NCBI GenBank assembly: GCA_045536845.1
Contig: JAZSOG010000036.1
Span: 6,899-70,898 of the forward strand
Source: Kiritimatiellia bacterium
Lineage (GTDB): Bacteria > Verrucomicrobiota > Kiritimatiellia > RFP12 > UBA1067
Length of the DNA stretch: 64,000 nt
Direction of reading: 5' to 3'
How positions within the stretch are numbered: position 1 is the stretch's first letter; each line of letters starts with the position of its first letter. Below, piece by piece: positions 1 through 7,784 of the stretch. The notes under the pieces were generated by a model. That model did not search any database and was not told the DNA's origin. It saw nothing but the letters and a program-made list of their open reading frames with translations. Made by a program: the position numbers and the translations under genes.

Positions 1-465
1 GGGGCGAAGATTCCGCTTCTCGCCAAGGACTTCATCTCGGAGAAGGCGCGTCTCCGCGAAGTGAAGGACGCGGGTGCGAGCGCGGCGCTTCTCATCGTCA
101 GATACCTTGACGACGCGCAGCTTGCTGGGCTTCTCGCTGAAACGCGCAGCCTCGGGCTTGACGCGCTTGTCGAGACGCACAGCGAGGAGGAGATAAAGAG
201 GGCGGTCGCAGTCGGCGCTGACATCATCGGCGTCAACTGCCGCGACCTTTCCAACTTCACGGTGGACGTGTCGATATCGGAGCGGCTCTTGAAGGCGATT
301 CCGGACGGAATCGTCAAGGTCGCAGAGAGCGGCATCAAGACGAACGTCGACATCGCACGGCTTCGTGCCGCTGGCGCGAACGCGTTCCTGATCGGCACCA
401 CACTTATGAAGTCACAAGATCCAGAAGGGGCGTTGCGGAGCCTTCTTGAGTTGCCAACCCTGTAG
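1..465 (+). CDS. trpC: Indole-3-glycerol phosphate synthase, C-terminal part (5' end outside window)
   Basis: Frame 1 is open from nt 1 ([12 protein letters not shown]...), and listed ORF 61..465 is the same frame. TrpC-like motifs are [21 protein letters not shown] and FLIG. It sits directly upstream of trpB-trpA-trpF. Confidence 0.85.
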   Translation, partial: GAKIPLLAKDFISEKARLREVKDAGASAALLIVRYLDDAQLAGLLAETRSLGLDALVETHSEEEIKRAVAVGADIIGVNCRDLSNFTVDVSISERLLKAIPDGIVKVAESGIKTNVDIARLRAAGANAFLIGTTLMKSQDPEGALRSLLELPTL

Positions 466-470
466 GATAT

Positions 471-502
471 CAACCTTTCAACCTTTCAACCTTTCAACTT
501 TT
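471..502 (+). repeat. 4 x 8-nt tandem repeat CAACCTTT/CAACTTTT abutting the trpB ATG
   Basis: Read directly: caaccttt caaccttt caaccttt caactttt ATG. No Shine-Dalgarno sequence lies between the repeat and the start codon. Confidence 0.9.
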
Positions 503-1684
503 ATGAACACGACGAAACATTATGGACCATACGGTGGACAGTACGTCGCCGAAACGCTGATGGGGCCGCTTAACGAACTTGCTGCGGCCTATCTCGAAGC
601 GAAGGAGGACCCCGAGTTCCAGCGCGAATTCGCGGCTCTTCTCAAGGACTATGTCGGGCGCGAGTCGCCGATTACCGTCTGCAGGCGGTTGTCAGCGAAG
701 CTCGGCGGCGCGACGATAGCCCTGAAGCGCGAGGACCTCAACCACACCGGCGCCCACAAGGTCAACAATACGATCGGCCAGGCGCTTTTAGCTAAGCGAA
801 TGGGCAAGAAGCGTCTCATCGCCGAGACGGGCGCGGGGATGCACGGCGTCGCTACGGCGACGGTCGCCGCGCTTCTCGGAATGCCCTGCGAGGTCTATAT
901 GGGCGCGATAGACGTGAAGCGCCAGGCGCCGAATGTCGAGCGCATGAAGATGCTCGGCGCGACAGTCCACGCAATTGAGGAGGGCAGCGCGACATTGAAG
1001 GACGCGATGAACGAAGCTCTCCGCGACTGGGTCACGAACTGCGACGACACTTTCTACGTAATCGGAACGGCAGCCGGTCCCTGTCCGTATCCGGAGATGG
1101 TGAAGGACTTCCAGTCCGTAATCGGACGCGAGGCGCGCCGCCAGTGCCTTGAGAAGTTCGGGCGTCTCCCCGACCAGGCGATCGCGTGCGTCGGCGGAGG
1201 GTCCAATGCCATCGGGCTCTTCGCCGGGTTCTTGGACGACGCGGGCGTAAAGCTCGTCGGCGTCGAGGCGGCTGGCAGGGGAATCGCGACGGGCGAGCAC
1301 GCGGCGTCGATAAACGGCGGGCAGCTCGGCGTCCTGCACGGCGCGAAGACGATGCTGCTACAGACAGCCGATGGCAACGTAATTGACACGTATTCCGTCT
1401 CGGCGGGTCTTGACTACCCGGGCGTCGGTCCGGAGCACTGCTATCTCCACGACACGGGGCGCGCCGAATACTCGTCGATCACCGACGACGAGGCGATAGC
1501 CGCGTTCGACGACTTGTGCCGCTGCGAGGGCATCATCCCCGCGCTCGAGTCGAGCCACGCGCTCGCGGAGGCCATCAAGCGCGCTCCGTCGCTTCCCAAG
1601 GATACGATCCTTCTCGTGTGCCTTTCGGGGCGCGGCGACAAGGATCTCGAAAATATACTCGCATATAAAAGGTTGAAAAGTTGA
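503..1684 (+). CDS. trpB: Tryptophan synthase beta chain
   Basis: ORF 446..1684 trimmed to ATG 503, because [15 protein letters not shown] is a canonical TrpB N-terminus. It has the PLP-lysine motif HTGAHKVNN and GGGSNAIG. Confidence 0.95.
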   Translation: MNTTKHYGPYGGQYVAETLMGPLNELAAAYLEAKEDPEFQREFAALLKDYVGRESPITVCRRLSAKLGGATIALKREDLNHTGAHKVNNTIGQALLAKRMGKKRLIAETGAGMHGVATATVAALLGMPCEVYMGAIDVKRQAPNVERMKMLGATVHAIEEGSATLKDAMNEALRDWVTNCDDTFYVIGTAAGPCPYPEMVKDFQSVIGREARRQCLEKFGRLPDQAIACVGGGSNAIGLFAGFLDDAGVKLVGVEAAGRGIATGEHAASINGGQLGVLHGAKTMLLQTADGNVIDTYSVSAGLDYPGVGPEHCYLHDTGRAEYSSITDDEAIAAFDDLCRCEGIIPALESSHALAEAIKRAPSLPKDTILLVCLSGRGDKDLENILAYKRLKS

Positions 1685-1722
1685 AAGGTTGAAAAGTTAA
1701 AAAGTTGAAAGGCGAAAAGTTG
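1667..1722 (+). repeat. 7 x 8-nt tandem repeat AAARGTTG (reverse complement of the 471-502 repeat)
   Basis: Read directly: aaaaggttg aaaagttg aaaggttg aaaagtta aaaagttg aaaggcg aaaagttg. It overlaps the last 5 codons of trpB and the trpB-trpA spacer. Confidence 0.9.
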
Positions 1723-1743
1723 GAACATACAGGACGAAAAATC

Positions 1744-2484
1744 ATGAAACAGAGAATTACAGATTGCTTTGCAAGGGCCAAGTCCGAGGGACGCGGCGCT
1801 TTTGTCGCGTACATGACTATTGGCTATCCAACGCTTGAAAAGAGCGAAGCCGCCGTCGAGACGCTGATCTCCGAGGGCGCAGACATAATCGAGCTCGGCG
1901 TGCCGTTCTCCGACCCGTTTGCCGATGGCGCGCTGATACGCGCCGCCGCCTACGAGGCGCTGCGCCAGGGGGTGACGCTCCACGACGTCATCGCGCTCGC
2001 GAAGCGCGTTCGTTCGCGCCATCCAGAGACGGGGCTCGTCCTCTTTTCGTATTACAATCTTCTCTTCGCCAACGGTCTCGAGAAGTTCGCGGACGCGGCG
2101 GCAGACGCCGGAATAGACGCGGTGCTCGCGGTGGACCTGCCGCTTGAGGAGCGCGACGAGCTTCTGGCGGTCCTCAAGCCGCGCGGGATGTCATACGTTC
2201 CGCTGATCGCGCCAAACACGCCGATCGAGCGCGTGAAGGCGAGCGCGGAGGGACTTGAGAACACGTTCCTCTACGTCATCACCGTGAAGGGCATCACTGG
2301 CGCAAGGAAGGAGCTCCCGAAGGAGCTTTCCTCGCGGCTCGAGGAAGTCCGCGCTGCGGTAAATCTCCCGATTGCCGCGGGCTTCGGCATTTCCTCGAAG
2401 GAGCAGGCCGACGAGATATGCCGCCACGCGGACGGCTACATCATCGGCTCCGCGCTTGTCAGGAGATTCGGCGCTCAATCATGA
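1744..2484 (+). CDS. trpA: Tryptophan synthase alpha chain
   Basis: ORF 1705..2484 trimmed to ATG 1744 (MKQRITDCFARAK). Motifs are IELGVPFSDPFADG and GFGIS. Confidence 0.9.
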   Translation: MKQRITDCFARAKSEGRGAFVAYMTIGYPTLEKSEAAVETLISEGADIIELGVPFSDPFADGALIRAAAYEALRQGVTLHDVIALAKRVRSRHPETGLVLFSYYNLLFANGLEKFADAAADAGIDAVLAVDLPLEERDELLAVLKPRGMSYVPLIAPNTPIERVKASAEGLENTFLYVITVKGITGARKELPKELSSRLEEVRAAVNLPIAAGFGISSKEQADEICRHADGYIIGSALVRRFGAQS

Positions 2485-3035
2485 AAATCAAGGTCTGCGG
2501 AACGAACGACGCCGTGTTCGCGGCGGAGGCGGTGCGCCTTGGGGTCGACTACCTCGGCTTCATCTTCGAGCCGTCGTCGCCGCGCTACGTGACGGTCGAG
2601 AAGGCGTCTGAAATCGTCTCGTCGCTCGATGCATCGCTTAGGCGCCGCGTCCGTCTCGTAGGCGTGTTCGTCCGCGAGACACCTGACGAAATTACCGAGA
2701 CGATGCGCCGCACGGGGCTCGATGTCGTTCAGCTGCACCGCCGTGCAACCAAAGAGGACGTTGCCGCTCTCAAGACCGCTGGCTACGAGGTGTGGACTCT
2801 TGCCGGCGGCGCGGAGGGCGACGGCGTTCTTTTCGATTCGTCGCACGGCGATGGCGATACGGCGTTCAGGGACGGCAATTACAAGTCGATAGTTGCCGGT
2901 CGCATTGGTGTTGAGAACATCGCTGACGCGCTTGCGCTCAAGCCGGACATCATAGACGTGAACAGCTCGCTCGAAACCGCGCCGGGGGTCAAGAGCACAA
3001 TCCTCCTCGCTGCGTTTCTTGCACGACTTCATTGA
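2481..3035 (+). CDS. trpF: Phosphoribosylanthranilate isomerase
   Basis: ATG 2481 overlaps the trpA stop (ATGA). It has the N-terminus MKIKVCGT and the DYLGFIF and VQLH motifs typical of TrpF. The upstream extension in ORF 2418 is Arg-rich junk. Confidence 0.85.
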   Translation: MKIKVCGTNDAVFAAEAVRLGVDYLGFIFEPSSPRYVTVEKASEIVSSLDASLRRRVRLVGVFVRETPDEITETMRRTGLDVVQLHRRATKEDVAALKTAGYEVWTLAGGAEGDGVLFDSSHGDGDTAFRDGNYKSIVAGRIGVENIADALALKPDIIDVNSSLETAPGVKSTILLAAFLARLH

Positions 3036-3052
3036 CGCGCGGATTTTAGCAT

Positions 3053-3262
3053 GGAGAACAGGAGATACAGGAGTTTTTGGAGGCGCCTTCGGCGCGGGGT
3101 CTGGGGTGCAACCCCAGTCTTCCTCCTGCCTCTCCTGTCCTACCTGCTAAAAACAAACATGCAAATCTAAAAACCTCCTTCCTCTCCTGCTTCTCCTGTA
3201 CTCCATGCTAAAAACAAACTGCTAAAAACAAACTTGTAAATCCTCCTAAAAAACAAAACTCT
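3053..3262 (+). repeat. Composite spacer: GGAG-rich arm, two GC hairpins, then a G-poor CTCC/CCTCC-rich tract with TGCTAAAAACAAAC repeats
   Basis: The purine arm is ggagaacaggagatacaggagtttttggagg (3053-3083). The hairpins are GCGCC-ttc-GGCGC (3083-3095) and CTGGGGT-gca-ACCCCAG (3101-3117). The tract 3118-3262 has almost no G on the + strand, carries at least 5 CCTCC/CTCCT copies and has TGCTAAAAACAAAC at 3145, 3206 and 3220. Confidence 0.8.
3083..3117 (+). terminator. Possible trp-operon terminator (tandem GC hairpins, no clean U-run; the C-rich G-poor tract that follows could be a Rho-utilisation site)
   Basis: Two perfect short hairpins lie immediately after the trpF stop. The downstream ~140 nt are C-rich and G-poor. 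Confidence 0.4.
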
Positions 3263-3295
3263 CAAATGGTTGGCGAACCACAAAACACGCTAAGA

Positions 3296-4444
3296 ATGAA
3301 AAACCTCGAACAGACTAGAAGAGAAATAGACAGGATAGACGAAGGGCTCGTGAAGCTCTTCCTTGAACGGCTTGCCGTGTCGCGCGACGTCGCGATGGCG
3401 AAGCTCGAGACCGGCGGGCCGGTGTCGGACCCTGCGCGCGAACGTGAAATTCTCACCCGTGTCTCGGAGGCCGCAGGCCCGGAGAACGAAAACGCGGCGC
3501 GTCTTTTCTTCACGACGCTTTTCTCGATTTCCAAGGCGCGGCAGCGCGGCATACTCAAGGGCGACTCTCCGCTTGTCCGCGAGATCAAGGGATCGATCGC
3601 CGCACACGTGAATCCTTTCCCGTCGCGCGCGTTCGTCGCGTGCTGCGGCACTGAGGGCTCCTACGCCCAGCAGGCGGCGACGCGTCTCGTGAAAGTGCCG
3701 ACGATCATGTACTTCAACTCGTTCGAGAAGGTCTTCGAGTCGGTTGAGAAGGGGCTTTGCGCGTATGGCGTACTTCCCGTCGAGAATTCGGCGGCTGGCT
3801 CTGTCACGGCTGTCTACGACCTGATGCAGAAGCACAGCTTCCACATCGTGCGCGCCGTGCGGCTCAGGGTCGACCATGTTCTCCTGGCGCCGCCAGGAGT
3901 AAAGCTCTCAGACGTGCGCGAAGTCGCGAGTCACCCTCATGCGCTTGCGCAGTGCACGGCGTTCTTCAAGGCGCACCCCGAGATCAAGGCGGTTCCCGCC
4001 GCGAACACGGCGGTGGCGGCGAAGGAAATAGCGTCTTCCGGCAGGCGAGACGTCGCGGTGATCGCCTCTCGCCTCTGCGCCGAGCTGTACGGGCTTCAGG
4101 TCGTGGCGGAGAAGATACAGGACACCGTCAGCAACTATACGCGGTTCATCTGCATTTCGAAGGGGCTCGAGATATATCCTGATGCGAGCAAGATTTCGAT
4201 AATGCTCTCGCTTCCGCATAGGCCCGGCTCGCTTGCGGAGATAATCTCGAAGTTCGCGGCAATAGACGTGAACCTCACCAAGCTCGAGTCGCGGCCCGTT
4301 CCCGGCGTCGACTTCGAGTTCCGCTTCATCTTCGACTTCGAGGCGTCGCCTTCCGACGGGTCGGTCCTCAGCCTTCTGTCGGAGCTTTCGCAGGACCCGG
4401 AGATTGAGCACTTCGCCTTCCTCGGCGCCTACGGCGAACGGTAA
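3296..4444 (+). CDS. pheA: Bifunctional chorismate mutase / prephenate dehydratase (P-protein)
   Basis: It has an N-terminal chorismate mutase helix (RREIDRIDEGLVKLFLERLAVSRDVA), a prephenate dehydratase core (ACCGTEGSYAQQA, NYTRF) and a C-terminal ACT-like region (LTKLESRP). The start is 3296 or 3266. Confidence 0.85.
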   Translation: MKNLEQTRREIDRIDEGLVKLFLERLAVSRDVAMAKLETGGPVSDPAREREILTRVSEAAGPENENAARLFFTTLFSISKARQRGILKGDSPLVREIKGSIAAHVNPFPSRAFVACCGTEGSYAQQAATRLVKVPTIMYFNSFEKVFESVEKGLCAYGVLPVENSAAGSVTAVYDLMQKHSFHIVRAVRLRVDHVLLAPPGVKLSDVREVASHPHALAQCTAFFKAHPEIKAVPAANTAVAAKEIASSGRRDVAVIASRLCAELYGLQVVAEKIQDTVSNYTRFICISKGLEIYPDASKISIMLSLPHRPGSLAEIISKFAAIDVNLTKLESRPVPGVDFEFRFIFDFEASPSDGSVLSLLSELSQDPEIEHFAFLGAYGER

Positions 4445-4471
4445 CGTGGTTATGCGCGATCGCCGCCGATT

Positions 4472-4480
4472 TGGTATAAT
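4472..4480 (+). promoter_or_regulatory. Extended -10 TGGTATAAT, 9 nt before the asd ATG (leaderless-type)
   Basis: Read directly: tTGGTATAATatataaattATG. Confidence 0.7.
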
Positions 4481-4489
4481 ATATAAATT

Positions 4490-5503
4490 ATGAAGCAGTA
4501 TTCAGTAGGTCTCGTGGGCGTCGGTGCCGTCGGCACCGAGATGATCAAGGTTCTCAAGGATCGGAACTTCCCGATGAAGGGACAGGTCCAGGTCTTCGCG
4601 TCGCGCGAGCGCGACGAGCAGATACTCGGTGAGACATATCATGTCAAGAAGGCCGACGAAAACTCGTTCAACGGCCTCGACATCGTCCTCTTCGCGGGCA
4701 AGACGGACGTCGCGATCCAGCTCAAGGACGCCGTCGTCAAGGCCGGTGCGAAGATGATCGACAACTCCCGCGCGTTCCGCCAGGACCCGGAAGTCCCGCT
4801 CGTCGTTCCCCAGGTCAACGCCGAGGACCTCGACTGGAACAAGGGCGTCATCGCGAACCCGAACTGCACGACTGCGATCATGCTCGAGGCCGTCGCGCCG
4901 CTCCACAAAGCGAAGGGGCTGAAGCGCGTCGTCGCGGCGACCTACCAGGCGGCGTCCGGCGCAGGCCAGCCTGGACTCAACGAGCTTGAGGACCAGATTC
5001 GTGCCTACGCGAAGGACGAACCGCTCGAGGTCAAGGCGTTCCAGCACCAGTTGATGTACAACCTCATTCCCCACATCGACAAGTTCAACGAGGAGAACTG
5101 GTACACGCTCGAGGAGCTCAAGATGCTCAACGAGTCGCGCAAGATGCTTCACCATCCGACGCTGAAGCTTTCGTGCACGTGCGTGCGCGTCCCGATCGCG
5201 CGCGCCCACTCAGAGTCGCTGAACCTCGAGTTCGAGAACGACATCACGCCCGCCGAGGCGCGCGAGATACTCTCGAAGTGCGAAGGTGTCAGGGTCGTTG
5301 ACGATCCGCTGAACGGCGGCTATCCGATGCCCCTCGACGCGACGGCGAAGTACGACGTTCTCGCGGGGCGCATCCGCCAGGACATTTCGCGCGACGACAA
5401 GAAGGGACTCGAGATGTTCGTTTCGGGCGACCAGCTTCTTCGCGGCGCGGCCTTGAATGCCGTCGAGATCGCGGAACACCTCGTCAAGCGCGGGCTCGTC
5501 TGA
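4490..5503 (+). CDS. asd: Aspartate-semialdehyde dehydrogenase
   Basis: It has the Rossmann motif GLVGVGAVGTEM and the active-site region NPNCTT, with SGAG and typical Asd length. Confidence 0.95.
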   Translation: MKQYSVGLVGVGAVGTEMIKVLKDRNFPMKGQVQVFASRERDEQILGETYHVKKADENSFNGLDIVLFAGKTDVAIQLKDAVVKAGAKMIDNSRAFRQDPEVPLVVPQVNAEDLDWNKGVIANPNCTTAIMLEAVAPLHKAKGLKRVVAATYQAASGAGQPGLNELEDQIRAYAKDEPLEVKAFQHQLMYNLIPHIDKFNEENWYTLEELKMLNESRKMLHHPTLKLSCTCVRVPIARAHSESLNLEFENDITPAEAREILSKCEGVRVVDDPLNGGYPMPLDATAKYDVLAGRIRQDISRDDKKGLEMFVSGDQLLRGAALNAVEIAEHLVKRGLV

Positions 5504-5507
5504 TCGC

Positions 5508-6749
5508 ATGGGCCGCTGGTACAAGTGGGCCGTCGTCGCGCTGCTTGGATGCGCGTACTTCTTCCACCAGGCCGACCGCGCGATCTTCGGCGTACTTGTA
5601 CCGTACATCCAGTCTGATCTCTCGCTCACCGAGCGCCAGCTCGGACATGTCAACACTGTTCTCTTCCTCACGATCGCCGTCGTAACGTTCATCGCGGGCT
5701 TTATCGGCGACCGCTTCGACCGCAAGCGCATAATCACCTGTTCGCTCGTCTTCTGGTCGCTTAGCACGATGGGGATAGGCTTCGCCTCGTCGTTCCTCGC
5801 TGTCGTGATGCTTCGCTCCGTCGCGACAGGCGGCGGCGAGAGCTTCTACGGGCCGAGCGCAATGTCGCTCCTCGCCTCGCACCACCGAGAGACGCGTTCG
5901 CTCGCGTTTTCGATACACCAGGCGGCGCTGTACCTCGGGCTCATGTTGAGCGGAGTTCTCGCGCTTCGCGTCCTCGACTTGCTTGGGACGTGGCGCCGCG
6001 TCTTCGTCGCGTTCGGCGCGGCTGGGCTCATCCTTGGCGTCGTGTTCGTGTTCTTTCTGCACGACGGCATGCGGAATGGCAGTGGGGACGATGGGCGGGA
6101 GAAGGAGGGTGCACGGCTTTCCGAGTCGTTCAAGGCGTTCTTCTGCTGTCCCTCGGCGCTCTGCGCGACTGCCGGCTTCATCGCCATTTGCTGCGTAAAC
6201 AACACCTACATTACGTGGGCTCCCAAGATGTTCCACGAGAGGTTCGGGATGGACGGCGCAACTGCCGGGGCGCACGCGATGTTCTACCACCACCTCGTCG
6301 CGTTCGCGGCGATTCTCGCTGGCGGCTGGGTGACGGATCGCTTCGTGTCGCGTTTCCCGCGCTTCCGGCTTGGCTTCCAGATATGCGCTCTCCTCCTTGG
6401 CGCGCCGGCGATTTTTCTCATCGGGCGGTGCGGCACATTTGCCGCGGCGATGGCTATGACGGCGGCGTACGGGCTTTTCCGCGGGCTTTTCGAGGTGAAC
6501 ACCCACGCGTCCGTCTTCGACGTGGTTCCTGCCCGCCACCGCGCGTCCGTTGTCGGGTTCATGCTGCTCCTTGCAATGGGAATCGGCGCTTTCTTCTCCG
6601 GCGAGCTGATGGGCTGGGTGTTCGAGACTTTCGGGGAACGTTCCTATTCCCTCGCGTTCGCCCTCATGGCCGGAACTTACGCGCTTGCCGCGCTTTTGAT
6701 GGCCGTCTCGTTCTTCTTCACCTTCGCCCGCGACCGTATAGTTGAGTGA
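5508..6749 (+). CDS. MFS transporter
   Basis: ORF 5457..6749 trimmed to ATG 5508, just after the asd stop. It has about 12 hydrophobic segments and the MFS loop motif GFIGDRFDRKR. Confidence 0.75.
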   Translation: MGRWYKWAVVALLGCAYFFHQADRAIFGVLVPYIQSDLSLTERQLGHVNTVLFLTIAVVTFIAGFIGDRFDRKRIITCSLVFWSLSTMGIGFASSFLAVVMLRSVATGGGESFYGPSAMSLLASHHRETRSLAFSIHQAALYLGLMLSGVLALRVLDLLGTWRRVFVAFGAAGLILGVVFVFFLHDGMRNGSGDDGREKEGARLSESFKAFFCCPSALCATAGFIAICCVNNTYITWAPKMFHERFGMDGATAGAHAMFYHHLVAFAAILAGGWVTDRFVSRFPRFRLGFQICALLLGAPAIFLIGRCGTFAAAMAMTAAYGLFRGLFEVNTHASVFDVVPARHRASVVGFMLLLAMGIGAFFSGELMGWVFETFGERSYSLAFALMAGTYALAALLMAVSFFFTFARDRIVE

Positions 6750-6808
6750 GGCGCCTGGCTTGTTGGCGGGACGGTGTTTTTTTTGTGCAATTTTAGTCAC
6801 TTACCCCA

Positions 6809-6838
6809 TTGACGGCGGGGTGCGATATTTAGTATACT
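6809..6838 (+). promoter_or_regulatory. Sigma70-type promoter for rplU (TTGACG-18 nt-TATACT)
   Basis: Read directly: ccaTTGACGgcggggtgcgatatttagTATACT, about 60 nt upstream of the rplU ATG. Confidence 0.55.
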
Positions 6839-6898
6839 ATCTTTTCCAGCATTTCGTGGATGAACCACAAGGAATGCGGAAGAAAAGGAAAGAAAACA

Positions 6899-7213
6899 AT
6901 GGAAGCATACGCTGTTCTCGAAACCGGCGGCAAGCAGGTGCTTGTCAAGGTCGGTGACAAGATCGAGATTGAAAAGCTCTCGGTCGAAGCGGGTCAGGAT
7001 GCCGAGCTCACGACCGTTCTCGCGGTCAGCGACGGCACGACCCTCAAGGTCGGAAAGCCCTACGTCGAAGGCGCCAAGGTCGTTCTCTCGGTCGCAGGCG
7101 TCGTCAAGGACGACAAGGTCTACAACTTCAAGGCGAAGCGCAGGAAAGGCAGCCGCCGTCTCGTCGGCCACCGCCAGCAGCTCACCGTCGCAACCGTTAA
7201 GGCAATCGCGTAA
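6899..7213 (+). CDS. rplU: 50S ribosomal protein L21
   Basis: ORF 6860 trimmed to ATG 6899. MEAYAVLETGGKQVLVKVGD is the canonical bL21 N-terminus. Confidence 0.9.
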   Translation: MEAYAVLETGGKQVLVKVGDKIEIEKLSVEAGQDAELTTVLAVSDGTTLKVGKPYVEGAKVVLSVAGVVKDDKVYNFKAKRRKGSRRLVGHRQQLTVATVKAIA

Positions 7214-7225
7214 GGAGGCAAGACA

Positions 7226-7462
7226 ATGGCTACTTCTGCATCAGCCCGTAACGGACGCGACTCCAACCCGCAGTATCTCGGCGTCAAGGCGTATGACGGC
7301 CAGCTCCTCAAGGCCGGCTCCATCATCGTCCGCCAGCGCGGAACCAAGATTCACCCCGGTAAGAACGTCGGCCAGGGCCGCGACTTCACCCTCTTCGCCC
7401 TCAAGGACGGCAAGGTGAAGTTCGTCAAGGACGGCAAGGTCGTAACGATCGTCGAGGCCTAA
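7226..7462 (+). CDS. rpmA: 50S ribosomal protein L27
   Basis: bL27 motifs are [13 protein letters not shown] and [23 protein letters not shown] ribosome-binding site lies upstream. Confidence 0.95.
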   Translation: MATSASARNGRDSNPQYLGVKAYDGQLLKAGSIIVRQRGTKIHPGKNVGQGRDFTLFALKDGKVKFVKDGKVVTIVEA

Positions 7463-7489
7463 GCCTCTTAAAAAGAAAGAAGGTTTGAG

Positions 7490-7702
7490 ATGGGTACTGG
7501 TCGTACACTCCGCAAGGAATCCCACGTTCGTCCGTGCAAGACGCCGGCCGGCAAGGCCCGCAAGAGCAAGGCTCAGCGCGCGCGCCTCGTGAAGATGGGA
7601 ATGGATCCCGAGACTGTCGCCAAGATGGGCACCGAGGACGTTCGCGTTCTCGTCCAGCGTCCGACGGTCGTCAAGAAGCTCGTCGCCAAGAAGGCGAAAT
7701 AA
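7490..7702 (+). CDS. Small basic protein (70 aa) co-transcribed with rplU-rpmA, unknown function
   Basis: An ORF with a GAAGG ribosome-binding site 27 nt after rpmA, Lys/Arg-rich, followed by the operon terminator. I recognise no family. Confidence 0.4.
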   Translation: MGTGRTLRKESHVRPCKTPAGKARKSKAQRARLVKMGMDPETVAKMGTEDVRVLVQRPTVVKKLVAKKAK

Positions 7703-7721
7703 GTTAGCTTCGTCCTAAGTT

Positions 7722-7770
7722 CGCTCCGCTGCGTTCGTTCTCTTCGATCGCCGCGGAGCGTTTCTTTTTT
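7722..7770 (+). terminator. Rho-independent terminator after the rplU-rpmA-small ORF operon
   Basis: The stem is CGCTCCGC ... GCGGAGCG, followed by TTTCTTTTTT. Confidence 0.7.
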
Positions 7771-7784
7771 AAGGAAAGAACATC

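Noticed and set aside
446-502. N-terminal extensions given by the ORF track: 446 for trpB, 1705 for trpA, 2418 for trpF, 5457 for MFS, 6860 for rplU, 16246, 31528, 40509 for thiS, 44186, 45028, 47845, 48905 and 58409 for jetD.
   Set aside because: The extensions overlap upstream genes or repeats and translate to Arg/Pro-rich junk. Internal ATGs give canonical N-termini, ribosome-binding sites or ATGA/GTGA coupling.
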